NCBI GenBank assembly: GCA_023379265.1
Contig: JAMCUI010000012.1
Coordinates: 27,936 to 91,935, forward strand
Length of the DNA: 64,000 nt
Direction: 5' to 3'
From: Patescibacteria group bacterium
Lineage (GTDB): Bacteria > Patescibacteriota > Microgenomatia > 2-02-FULL-39-11
In this document: piece by piece, positions 1-8,482 of the stretch
Position numbering within the stretch: position 1 is the stretch's first letter
Layout of the letters: the number at the start of each line of letters is the position of its first letter
Translations under genes and position numbers: made by a program
Notes under the pieces: generated by a model
The model's database searches: none
The model's input: only the letters and a program-made list of their open reading frames with translations
Told to the model about the DNA's origin: nothing

Positions 1-792
1 ACAAATTTTCTTTTTATATTCATTATCAAACCGGCGAATTGTTTCCATAAATTTGTCCACAGTCAGCCCATCCATATTCTGTGGATACAAACTTTCAGTT
101 TTAATATCCTCTATCTCAATCCTTTTGCCCAAAAGTCTGGCAAGAATTAGCGCTTTCCTTGCTACATCCATTCCAGAAAGATCATCCCTGGGATCAGGTT
201 CTGTAAAACCTCTTTCTTTGGCCTGTTTTACTGCTTGAGAAAATAACATCCCTTCCTCCAAATGGAAGAATATGTATCCGAGTGTACCGCTGAAACAACC
301 TTTTATCTCAGAAATACTGTCACCGGTATCGATAAAATTATTTAATGTTGAAATAACGGGTAAAGCCGCTCCTACTGTCGTCTCAAAAAATATTTTTTTT
401 CCGAAATATTTCTCCAACTGGTCAAATTGTTCTTGACTCTGCGTAAATGGCTTTTTATTGGATGTGACTACATATCCGCCATGACTGAAAGTTAACATAA
501 ACAACTCAAGTGTCTTATCAGATGCCGTCGTATCAATCAGGATAAACGGATCAGCAATTGCTTCTAACACCTCTTTTACATCTACTCCAGAAGATGTTTT
601 GGGAAAATTTTTTATCTTTTTTTCAGATAAGCCCTCCGCATCAAAAACACCTCCTTTTGAACCAAACATACCGCAATAATTCAAAAATATCCCGTACTTC
701 CTTTTCCATGAAGGGCTTACTTCCCCTATCTCCTTGATAAATTCTTTTCCTACATTACCGATACCCAAATGAATTATGTTAATCTTGTGCAT
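1..792 (-). CDS. hom: Homoserine dehydrogenase, running off the left edge; not in the ORF track
   Basis: Hand translation from ATG at 792: MHKINIIHLGIGNVGKEF (Rossmann GxGxxG), TSNKKP, FETTVGAALPVI, GCFSGTLGYIF, GFTEPDPRDDLSGMDVARK. The frame is open to position 1 and overlaps the aspartate kinase stop by 14 nt. Confidence 0.93.
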   Translation of the reverse strand, partial: MHKINIIHLGIGNVGKEFIKEIGEVSPSWKRKYGIFLNYCGMFGSKGGVFDAEGLSEKKIKNFPKTSSGVDVKEVLEAIADPFILIDTTASDKTLELFMLTFSHGGYVVTSNKKPFTQSQEQFDQLEKYFGKKIFFETTVGAALPVISTLNNFIDTGDSISEIKGCFSGTLGYIFFHLEEGMLFSQAVKQAKERGFTEPDPRDDLSGMDVARKALILARLLGKRIEIEDIKTESLYPQNMDGLTVDKFMETIRRFDNEYKKKIC

Positions 793-1693
793 TTTTTACT
801 CCTTTCCAGATTTTTGTTCCTGCAAATTCCGGCCTGAACGTATTTTTTACCCAGACAGTGATTTCTTTTTCTGCTACCGGCTTCAGAGCTTGAGGATGCA
901 GCACTTTTGCCCCCTTTTGAGCCATATCCAAAGCATCAACATAAGAAATCTCCGCAATAAATTTTGCATTATTACCCTTTTTGGGATCACCGGTAAATAT
1001 CCCATCCACTTCCTTCCATAAAACCACTTCGGAGGCATCCAGTGCATATGCAAGAATTGTAGCGGTATAATCTGATCCTCCTCTGCCCAACGTTACTACC
1101 TTTCCATCTTTTGTCCCTCCATAAAATCCTGTCACAACAGGAGTTACGCCTTTGAAAATGAGTTTGTAAATCAGCTGTTCCGTCATTTCCCGTGTTTCCT
1201 CAAGACTGACTTTGTAATTACCGCTCTCATTTGACAGAAGTATCAGCTCAGCACTATCTACTTCCCGTGCTCTCACTTTTATGTGTTGCAGTACGGCTGA
1301 AAGCAGAATGCAACTAAGCCTTTCCCCAAAGGAAACCACATAATCATAACCGCAATCTGCAAGTCCCCTCTTAAAAGTCAGACAAGTGATAAGTCTTCCG
1401 AAAAGTCCGACTAATTTTTCGTGGGTTTCCTCATACATTTCTCTTTTCAATTTCAGACCAGCCAGTGTTTCAAGATGCAATGTATAAAGACTGTTTAACC
1501 CCTCATAGGCATCAGCATACCGGCCATCCTTATAAAAATTGTAGACATCTATCAAAGTGTCTGTGACGCCTCGCATTGCAGAAACCACAACCACCACATG
1601 ACCGCCTGAAGAGTGGTCTTTTATGATATCCGCAACCCTTAATATATTTTGTGCTGACCCGACTGATGATCCGCCAAATTTCATGATTTTCAT
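779..1693 (-). CDS. lysC: Aspartate kinase, catalytic domain only (no ACT domains)
   Basis: Motifs MKFGGSSV, VVVSAM..VTD, SFGERLS, TLGRGGSDYTA, EVDGIFTGDP, GAKVLHP; the protein ends at 304 aa. Confidence 0.92.
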   Translation of the reverse strand: MKIMKFGGSSVGSAQNILRVADIIKDHSSGGHVVVVVSAMRGVTDTLIDVYNFYKDGRYADAYEGLNSLYTLHLETLAGLKLKREMYEETHEKLVGLFGRLITCLTFKRGLADCGYDYVVSFGERLSCILLSAVLQHIKVRAREVDSAELILLSNESGNYKVSLEETREMTEQLIYKLIFKGVTPVVTGFYGGTKDGKVVTLGRGGSDYTATILAYALDASEVVLWKEVDGIFTGDPKKGNNAKFIAEISYVDALDMAQKGAKVLHPQALKPVAEKEITVWVKNTFRPEFAGTKIWKGVKNAQD

Positions 1694-1924
1694 TTAAGAT
1701 TCCCCCTTTTATATCCTTTTGCATTTACTAAAACTCGTTTCAAAACCAGAGCTAATTGGATTTGCGTCATTATCCATTCTTAAACGGTTTAGGTTTTGCA
1801 ACAGCTACTAATTCATGTTGTCTTTAGTCCACGCTTCATACGAGATTGGGTACAAAATAATGACTAGTAGTTCATCCCAGTAATTTTGACATCTTTACCA
1901 TGTTTGATTTGTGAAATAACCAAC

Positions 1925-1951
1925 AAAAAAGACCTCCTTTTAGGAGGTCTC
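1925..1951 (-). terminator. Attenuator intrinsic terminator of the thr leader
   Basis: Minus strand reads GAGACCTCCT-AAA-AGGAGGTC followed by TTTTTT. Confidence 0.85.
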
Positions 1952-1974
1952 GTCAATTACTTATTATATTCCTA

Positions 1975-2043
1975 CTACGAAACCTCCTTCAAAGAAGGAC
2001 CAATAGTAGTAGTGACAATAATAAAGCTTTTTCCTTTTAACAT
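1975..2043 (-). CDS. Thr/Ile-rich leader peptide MLKGKSFIIVTTTIGPSLKEVS (thrL-like)
   Basis: Codon run ATT ATT GTC ACT ACT ACT ATT. The 3' part AGGAGGTTTCG can pair with the terminator 5' arm CGAGACCTCCT. Lies upstream of aspartate kinase and hom. Confidence 0.82.
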   Translation of the reverse strand: MLKGKSFIIVTTTIGPSLKEVS

Positions 2044-2058
2044 ATTTTAATTTGAGCT

Positions 2059-2088
2059 ATTCTAGCGCAATCTTTTGCATATTGTCAA
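2059..2088 (-). promoter_or_regulatory. Sigma70-type promoter of the thr leader
   Basis: TTGACA (2088-2083), 18-nt spacer, TAGAAT (2064-2059). Confidence 0.7.
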
Positions 2089-2121
2089 GAGGTATTATTG
2101 TTATTTCACCGTCCTACAAAC

Positions 2122-2799
2122 TTAAACCCTTTTTGCGGTGACAATCAGCCTTTTGCTGTCGGCAAAACCGGTACATGTATATAACGTCAAAACCTCATCT
2201 TTTGTCGGAGCAATTACTTCAGTTTGAGACGGTAATACCTCCTGAATATTATCTATCTTATATTGGTACCATTTATCACTGGTAAAGACATAAACATCCT
2301 CTCCATCCTTTACATTTTTTAGAGGTAAAAACATCCCTTGCCTGGCGTGGGCAAAAATGACTTGGTTACCTTTTTCTCCAGGATAACCTGATCCCTCTCC
2401 CCATCCTGCACCGCTCGGAAATACTTCCCAATAACCGTTAACCACCTTTGCTTCCTTAACAGCTAAATCTATATCAACACTGGGAATAACAATACGAAGA
2501 GGAGTATACTGACTTTTTTTTGTCTGAACAGATAGAAGTGATTTATCCACTTTTACTGGTTCCTGGGAAAATGATGAGACCTCACCGTTTTGTGAGACGG
2601 TCTGATTGTCTACCGTATTATTGGCGGATGAATTTGAGCTTGCGGGAGTACCGGAGAGATAAAATCCTAAGCCAATAAAAAGGATCCCCCCGGCAAGAAG
2701 ATATAAACGGATTTTTTTCTTCTCGTTTTTGAGGATCCTTTTTAACGTGATCTCGGAACGTTTATTTCGACCTTTGACCTTACGTATAGTAGAAGACAT
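2122..2799 (-). CDS. Sortase
   Basis: N-terminal TM; IVIPSVDIDL; His in FAHAR; TLYTC catalytic motif; downstream KRLIV Arg. Confidence 0.9.
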   Translation of the reverse strand: MSSTIRKVKGRNKRSEITLKRILKNEKKKIRLYLLAGGILFIGLGFYLSGTPASSNSSANNTVDNQTVSQNGEVSSFSQEPVKVDKSLLSVQTKKSQYTPLRIVIPSVDIDLAVKEAKVVNGYWEVFPSGAGWGEGSGYPGEKGNQVIFAHARQGMFLPLKNVKDGEDVYVFTSDKWYQYKIDNIQEVLPSQTEVIAPTKDEVLTLYTCTGFADSKRLIVTAKRV

Positions 2800-3266
2800 A
2801 GCACTCCAGCAAGAAGTATTATATCAGATATGGAGAGCTCTGGACCCGATGTATACGAAAGTCCCAACACTTGTGGTCCTCCAATTCTTGCTCCAGTGCT
2901 TGTTCCACCACCTCCACCGCCACCCGAACTTTGACTCACTGACGGTGACCATCCGCAATATGGTCCATAATATGATTTCCCCGGTGCGCATGGATCTTCA
3001 GTAGAACTACTACCTGTGGAAGGCGCTGGTGTAGCAGTAGGACCTGATGGAGTTACATTGGATCCTCCACCTCCTTGTGTTGGTGTCGGCTGCCCTTGTG
3101 GCGGGTTGGTTGGAAGAGGAGGCACTGTTACCGTCCTCTCTATAGCAGGAGAAGTCGGCCTTGCCTCGGGCCTCTGCCACCAGTCTGCCAAAACGCTTCC
3201 ATTTAGCATCACACTTAGAATAAATACTATTCCAAATAAACTGATGACCGATACTAATTTTTTCAT
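2742..3266 (-). CDS. Secreted Pro/Thr/Gly-rich protein, probable sortase substrate
   Basis: Signal peptide; Pro/Thr-rich linker; Cys pair; C-terminal QVLGLSYTSG followed by a hydrophobic segment and RSK; strong SD AAAGGAGGTG. Confidence 0.7.
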   Translation of the reverse strand: MKKLVSVISLFGIVFILSVMLNGSVLADWWQRPEARPTSPAIERTVTVPPLPTNPPQGQPTPTQGGGGSNVTPSGPTATPAPSTGSSSTEDPCAPGKSYYGPYCGWSPSVSQSSGGGGGGGTSTGARIGGPQVLGLSYTSGPELSISDIILLAGVLCLLLYVRSKVEINVPRSR

Positions 3267-3311
3267 TTATTCACCTCCTTTCCCTTTTATAATAAAAATT
3301 AATATTTGCTT

Positions 3312-5819
3312 TTATAAAAGCACTTCAAGAAGCGCATTCACATACTTTCCCAGGTGAAACCTCTTTCTTCTTCTTATAAGTATCAGGAAAAATGCTAGTG
3401 GAACGATCGACAACCATGATTCATTTACATTCAACTTTGCTCCTCCCAAAAGCATCCCTGCAAAACTTGTTTCTGTAGCCTTGGCAAAAGCCGGAGACAC
3501 GAAACTTCCACGCAGCATTCTATTTTGTCCGTTGTTCTGGCCCAATATATATGTCTGAGGATCCTGTTGTAAATAATCCTGCGCTTGGTTTGCCAGTCGA
3601 TATCTTTGGTTTGCGACATTTGCAGATGCCTGATAGTAACTCGGCGGGTAATAATATTGAGTCTGCCCAGCCTGCTGCTGCTGCTGTGTCTGGGAGCCGC
3701 TTGTATCTGTCGGATAATAATATGAGTAATAAGTCTGTGAGTAATTTTGGCTATCAGCTGTTTGATTTGTTGCGTTCACACCGCCTATATTGGTATCTGC
3801 AGTATTAAATGACGGTAAAGGATCCAATGTCGGTGTAGGAGATATTGTGCCTTGTAAATTGTTATTGCTTCCTGTTGTACCTGAGTTATTCGTGTCTCCA
3901 CTTATGGCTGCAGTTGTCTGATTATAGTTTTGTCCGGGCGTCACCACGTTCCCAAGGAAATTACCAAATACATTCACCAGAAGTACGGCAAAATTCTTGG
4001 CTGTGACATTTGTATTAACCAGATTAACCAGGTTTAGTCCAACTTGAGCATTGCCCGTCTGTATTTGTCCTGCCCCCGTATTGTACTGGGCTTTATTATT
4101 CCCTGTGTCAGCATTGGCCGTAATATTGTTTACGATGCCGGCATTATTGTTGTTGGCGATGGAAGTATCTGACGTACTATTGTATGTTGCGTTGTTTGTC
4201 GATAAGGCACCAGTCCCACTATTGCTTACATCCGTAGTATACGTACCAGACCCTCCCCCTCCTGTTTGTTGCACAGGTAAACCGTTTGAAGCAGATGTCG
4301 CTCCCCACGGAGCTCCCATGATGTAGCCGACCCACTTGCCCATATCATTTACAATGACAAGCCATACAGTTCCATTCTCATCAACTGCGTTAGTATTGGC
4401 TACAGTACTATTACTGACTGAGGTATTGGAATTACCCGTAGTGACACTTCCTCCTCCTGTATTTATGGAAGCTGTGTTATTGCCTGTATTGGCAGTAGCG
4501 TTTACTGTACTTGCAATATCAGCGGTATTATTATTTGTGAAGTTTGTCGAATCTGAAGTGTTGGATGTGGCATTATTTGTTGATAACGCGCCAGTAGTGT
4601 CGTTGGTCACATTTGTTCCCGCACTTCCTGTGTTTGAAGCTGTAACATTTCCGGTGGAATTTTCAGTACTCCATGGCAAAACAATATTTCCCGCCAAAGT
4701 CCCATAAATGTTTACTACACCCATTAGCCAATTACTGACATTCAGATTGGAATTAACCATGTTTATAATGTTGCCAAGAGCTGTAGCATTTCCAGTCTGA
4801 ACAGTACCGTTACCCGTGTTGTAGGATGCACTGTTTTGACCGGTGACCGCCTGCAGGTTTATATCATTTACCAGTTGAGCATCATTTCCGTTGGCTTCTT
4901 TGACTGTAAAGGAATTATTTGCTGATGCATCATTGGATGAACCGGCTCCCGTCACTGAATTTTTGGATACTGTAGGAGAGGCGTTTGAAAATCCGCTACC
5001 AACGCTTGGATCACCTGTCTGAAAGACTATGTCCCCTGTCTGTGTACCGTATACATTGTATGTGGAAAAGCCACCCACACCGGTGATATTACTGTTTAGC
5101 TTATTTAAGAGATTTACTGCAGATTGGGTATTTCCAGTTGATACCTGACCGTTTAATGTATTCAGATCAGCATAGTTGAATCCAGTATTTGTGACTGCGT
5201 TTATCTTATTCTGAAGATTGGCCATGTTCTGGTTTAGAACTTGTTGCCAATTAGAATTGGTTTCCGAAGCGCTATTGGTGGACAAAGGACCCGTACCAAC
5301 ATTGGCCGGATCACTTACACCACTTGTACCTGTATCACCTGTTACCCCTGTCGGTCCGCTTGTATTTGATGTTCCTAAAACATTATCGGTGGTACCAGCA
5401 CCACCTGTTGAACTACTCCCTGTAGGTTGTGTCCCTGAAGCACCAGTCGACCCAGTTGTCCCAGTCGGCCCGGAAGGACTTGAAGGATTTGAAGCAGGTG
5501 GATCGCTACTTGTCGGAGCTGGAGAGCTTGTTGGCGATACAGAAGAATTGGTGGGCGCTGGAGCGCTTGTTGGCGCAGGTTGTGAAGGCGGTGATGTAGG
5601 AGCAGAAGCGCTTGTTGGCGCAGGTTGTGAAGGCGGTGATGTAGGAGCAGGATCACTTGGCGGCTTTGGAGCGCTTGGCGGGCTTGTAGGAGCAGGGGCG
5701 CTTGTTGGCGCTGGGGCGCTTTGCCCAAAGACCTGCGGCACCCACACCACGTTTCCTCCGGTAAATACCAGGCTCAAAATAAGTACAAAACTAATAATTT
5801 TTCTTATAAACTTATTCAT
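3312..5819 (-). CDS. Large secreted Asn/Thr/Gly-repeat protein with Pro-rich N-terminal stalk and C-terminal membrane anchor
   Basis: Signal peptide; PAPTS repeats; repeats like NTGxNxAxxNTGxGxVxTGxA; C-terminal hydrophobic helix followed by RRRKR. Confidence 0.8.
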   Translation of the reverse strand: MNKFIRKIISFVLILSLVFTGGNVVWVPQVFGQSAPAPTSAPAPTSPPSAPKPPSDPAPTSPPSQPAPTSASAPTSPPSQPAPTSAPAPTNSSVSPTSSPAPTSSDPPASNPSSPSGPTGTTGSTGASGTQPTGSSSTGGAGTTDNVLGTSNTSGPTGVTGDTGTSGVSDPANVGTGPLSTNSASETNSNWQQVLNQNMANLQNKINAVTNTGFNYADLNTLNGQVSTGNTQSAVNLLNKLNSNITGVGGFSTYNVYGTQTGDIVFQTGDPSVGSGFSNASPTVSKNSVTGAGSSNDASANNSFTVKEANGNDAQLVNDINLQAVTGQNSASYNTGNGTVQTGNATALGNIINMVNSNLNVSNWLMGVVNIYGTLAGNIVLPWSTENSTGNVTASNTGSAGTNVTNDTTGALSTNNATSNTSDSTNFTNNNTADIASTVNATANTGNNTASINTGGGSVTTGNSNTSVSNSTVANTNAVDENGTVWLVIVNDMGKWVGYIMGAPWGATSASNGLPVQQTGGGGSGTYTTDVSNSGTGALSTNNATYNSTSDTSIANNNNAGIVNNITANADTGNNKAQYNTGAGQIQTGNAQVGLNLVNLVNTNVTAKNFAVLLVNVFGNFLGNVVTPGQNYNQTTAAISGDTNNSGTTGSNNNLQGTISPTPTLDPLPSFNTADTNIGGVNATNQTADSQNYSQTYYSYYYPTDTSGSQTQQQQQAGQTQYYYPPSYYQASANVANQRYRLANQAQDYLQQDPQTYILGQNNGQNRMLRGSFVSPAFAKATETSFAGMLLGGAKLNVNESWLSIVPLAFFLILIRRRKRFHLGKYVNALLEVLL
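5562..5650. repeat. In-frame 45-nt tandem repeat encoding PAPTSPPSQPAPTSA
   Basis: agcgcttgttggcgcaggttgtgaaggcggtgatgtaggagcag starts at 5562 and again at 5607. Confidence 0.9.
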
Positions 5820-6013
5820 TCTTTATTTATTGTCATTCCGAACTTGTTTCGGCATCCGTTTTAATCATAAGTAGATCTTGAAATCTCGTCTTATGCGATA
5901 AAATATATTCATAACGATATAAAACAAAATTCCTTCTTTCTTTCACCAAAGCTATAAAACTAAACCCTACTTCAATGTTATTTAACTTCCAAAAGCTTTT
6001 TTGAGTACCGTTC

Positions 6014-6059
6014 TTCCTGGTGGGAACCCCTTTTCCTAGGATGGATTCCCACCAAGGAA
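6014..6059. other. Strong intergenic stem-loop downstream of the 371-aa repeat gene
   Basis: TTCCTGGTGGGAA ... TTCCCACCAAGGAA arms; no U-tract follows on the coding (minus) strand. Confidence 0.6.
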
Positions 6060-6072
6060 AAAACGTCTTTTC

Positions 6073-7188
6073 TTATTGGATGACTGTCAAAGAATCATTT
6101 AGATGATTTGAGATAGTCTTCCAAAGATCTGACAATCCTGCCCATACTGCACCTCCGCCTGTGTTGTAGTTGGAAGCGTTTGATCCTGTATCAGCAACGT
6201 CAGTGTCACTGTTGGTGACGTTAGCATTGTTCGGATTGCTTACTGATGTACCGAAACTGTTTAACAGGGTTGTACGATTGTCAGAAAGAGGTCCGGTGAC
6301 ACCATTGCTGCCATCGTTGGCGAATCCGCCCATGGCCATCTGTATGGTAGTAGTACTTATGTTACCTTCGTTATTCATACCTACTCCCGCAGATGATCCG
6401 CCGGTTCCGATGTTTCCTCCAAGTGTATTGTAGGAAGCACCGTTGTTGCCGGAACGAGATACGACAGCTACGCTATTGCCCAAACTCAAATAGTTGGGAT
6501 TGTTAACTGTGGCATTTGCCGAATTAACAACGTCAACATAATCTGTAGAGAATGGACCGGTAGTGTCATTGGCAACGGAATTACCACCTGCTCCTCCTGC
6601 TCCAGCTGATATACCTGTTGCGCTATCATTCAGATGATTCTGAAGGTTAACGCCCAATACGGTAGATCCTGTCTGAACATTTGCCGGGCCGGTATTGTAA
6701 TTACCATTGTTGTATCCTGAATCAGCTGTTGCGTCCACAGTATTGCGAACATCAGCCTGATTACTGTTTACAACATTTACGCGCTGACTGTTTGTGATTG
6801 TGACTCTATTGTCAGAAGAAGGCCCAGTAATGTTGTTGGAACCTGAGTTATTGGCTGCGGACGGTCCTCCGGTTACTGTTGTTGTATTTATATTACCAAC
6901 GTTGTTTACAGTAGCATTCAGTGTTGCATTTCCGGTTGTTATGTTGCCTCCCAAAGTGTTGTAGGAAGCGCTATTGTGACCGGTATTTGATACTGCAGTG
7001 ACGCTGTTGGTCAAATTAAGACTGTTTGTATTTGACACGTTTACGTCACTCGTATTGGTAATATAGCAGTAATCGTGAGAGAGTGGTCCGGTTGTGCCGT
7101 TGCTGCAGTTGTTACCTGCCGCCATTGCTGGAATGACTGCTCCGATTAAAAGAGCAATTGATCCTGCTATAGTTGCAAATTTTTTCAT
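6073..7188 (-). CDS. Secreted Asn/Thr/Gly-repeat protein (paralog A, about 371 aa)
   Basis: SD AGGAGGTG at 7205-7198 favours ATG 7188 (MKKFATIAG... signal peptide) over the track's GTG at 7200. Four repeats of TTGPxS...TG/SGxNxASYNT.GG.I.TG; N-terminal Cys pair. Confidence 0.82.
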   Translation of the reverse strand: MKKFATIAGSIALLIGAVIPAMAAGNNCSNGTTGPLSHDYCYITNTSDVNVSNTNSLNLTNSVTAVSNTGHNSASYNTLGGNITTGNATLNATVNNVGNINTTTVTGGPSAANNSGSNNITGPSSDNRVTITNSQRVNVVNSNQADVRNTVDATADSGYNNGNYNTGPANVQTGSTVLGVNLQNHLNDSATGISAGAGGAGGNSVANDTTGPFSTDYVDVVNSANATVNNPNYLSLGNSVAVVSRSGNNGASYNTLGGNIGTGGSSAGVGMNNEGNISTTTIQMAMGGFANDGSNGVTGPLSDNRTTLLNSFGTSVSNPNNANVTNSDTDVADTGSNASNYNTGGGAVWAGLSDLWKTISNHLNDSLTVIQ

Positions 7189-7370
7189 TATTCTATTCAC
7201 CTCCTTCCGTTTTATGATGTATCAAGACTGTCTGCCTTCTGCTCCGCCCTAGGACTATGGCCTAGGATCTGACCTAGGTTAGGATAAGTTTTCAGTCTTG
7301 CCGCTCTCGCGGGTAAAATTTTTTCATAATGTCAGTAAGCTTTTCAGATACCGCTGTCAAATTTCCAAAT

Positions 7371-7428
7371 AAAAAGAGGTAAGTCATCCCGGTTTATCGG
7401 GAATTCTTACCTCCGTTTGCGGTCGGTA
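7371..7428 (-). promoter_or_regulatory. Conserved hairpin motif overlapping an intrinsic terminator (copy 1)
   Basis: Minus strand TAC-CGA-CCGCAAACGG-AG-GTA, then terminator GAGGTAAG..TCCCG/CGGGA..CTTACCTC-TTTTT. The 15-mer TCCGTTTGCGGTCGG (plus 7412-7426) is identical at 10618-10632. Confidence 0.75.
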
Positions 7429-7451
7429 TTTTAGCGTCTAGATACTAGTCT

Positions 7452-7625
7452 CTAGATATCTTTAATATTGTGATTTGTCTTTTTGATATTTCTTTCAGTT
7501 ATCTGCGTGACCTTGAAATCCTGTACATAAATTTCCACAGAACCAAAACCACGCACATTTTTCAGCGCCTGTTTTATTTCTTCAACCAAATCGCGTGTAA
7601 CTTTCTTTGTCGAATAGTCCACCAT
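7452..7625 (-). CDS. Small 57-aa DUF2292/YezD-like protein; not in the ORF track
   Basis: Hand translation MVDYSTKKVTRDLVEEIKQALKNVRGFGSVEIYVQDFKVTQITERNIKKTNHNIKDI. The I..AL..v.FGSVEI.vqd..V.QI pattern matches my recollection of DUF2292. Confidence 0.75.
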   Translation of the reverse strand: MVDYSTKKVTRDLVEEIKQALKNVRGFGSVEIYVQDFKVTQITERNIKKTNHNIKDI

Positions 7626-7680
7626 CTCAGTATTTCAGGCAGTAAATGGGCAGAAAATAAAGGCAGTTATGAGGCAGAAA

Positions 7681-8262
7681 TCAGGAAGGAAAATTTACAG
7701 GAATTGTCTCCTTCTTGCCGTCAAGCTCTCCAACAAATAATTTGAAATTGCGCACGTTGTTTGGTACTACAAATCCCACCCTGTCAAGCTTTGTGGAAAT
7801 TGCTGCAATAGGCACAAGGTTGTTGTGCAAATCAGGTGCAAATTTATTGCCGTCATCATTATTATATGTAAGCCTGATGAGATCTCCGGGGAAAATATTC
7901 AAAGCTGTAGTGGTATCGTTTTTGTATTCCAGGTTCAGTATAAGAAAAAGCTTCTGGTTTGTAGCTGTGTAAGTTTTATCATTTACCATCACCTGATTTG
8001 TCTTTTCGGCGGAAGAAATAGTGAATATGATCTTGCTTTTGGTGGGTTTGCCCTGATTGTCTAAAGCGGTGAAATCAAAACTTTTGTTTATCTGGGCACT
8101 GACGCTTTTGGCGGCCTTGGTTGTGCCTTCAGACTGAGTACGGATAGCATTTACATTTACCGCAAAAGCCGCAAAAATCAAAACCACCACACCAACAACC
8201 AGTTTTTTATGCTCTTTTGCAAATTCCCGAATTTTTTTCAACCAATTTTGTGCTTTAGGCAT
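7681..8262 (-). CDS. Membrane-anchored extracytoplasmic protein, Ig-like/DUF4352-like
   Basis: N-terminal TM; beta-rich domain with KLFLILNLEYKN and VGFVVP. Confidence 0.6.
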   Translation of the reverse strand: MPKAQNWLKKIREFAKEHKKLVVGVVVLIFAAFAVNVNAIRTQSEGTTKAAKSVSAQINKSFDFTALDNQGKPTKSKIIFTISSAEKTNQVMVNDKTYTATNQKLFLILNLEYKNDTTTALNIFPGDLIRLTYNNDDGNKFAPDLHNNLVPIAAISTKLDRVGFVVPNNVRNFKLFVGELDGKKETIPVNFPS

Positions 8263-8393
8263 AATCTCAACGCGGATAAATTTCCGCCTGGTCTTTAATA
8301 TATTGGACAGGAGTAAATTTTAATTGGACAGCTCGGGACAGTGGAATCTTCTTTTTCTACGGACTTTGTGGCAGTTATGGCAGAAGTAAAAAG

Positions 8394-8422
8394 ATGTTAT
8401 ACTGCCCGTCCTGACTTGTCAA
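8394..8422 (-). promoter_or_regulatory. Sigma70-type promoter for the 193-aa gene / DUF2292 unit
   Basis: TTGACA (8422-8417), 17-nt spacer, TAACAT (8399-8394). Confidence 0.6.
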
Positions 8423-8482
8423 GATGACAACACCATAACAAAATATATCAGACTATAGCTCTGTAGTGATAAAATTATGCTT

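Noticed and set aside
1694-1924. Extra ORF or RNA between the thr attenuator and aspartate kinase
   Set aside because: Only very short ORFs and no convincing structure; left unexplained.
5218-5874. 218-aa plus-strand ORF and other long antisense ORFs (e.g. 31033-31665, 58355-59032)
   Set aside because: Shadow frames of well-supported opposite-strand genes, with no recognisable motifs.
7412-7470. c-di-GMP-I riboswitch (GACGC.AAA and GCAAAC-like words)
   Set aside because: The order of elements and the GNRA/receptor stems do not fit, and part of the region is the DUF2292-like ORF end.
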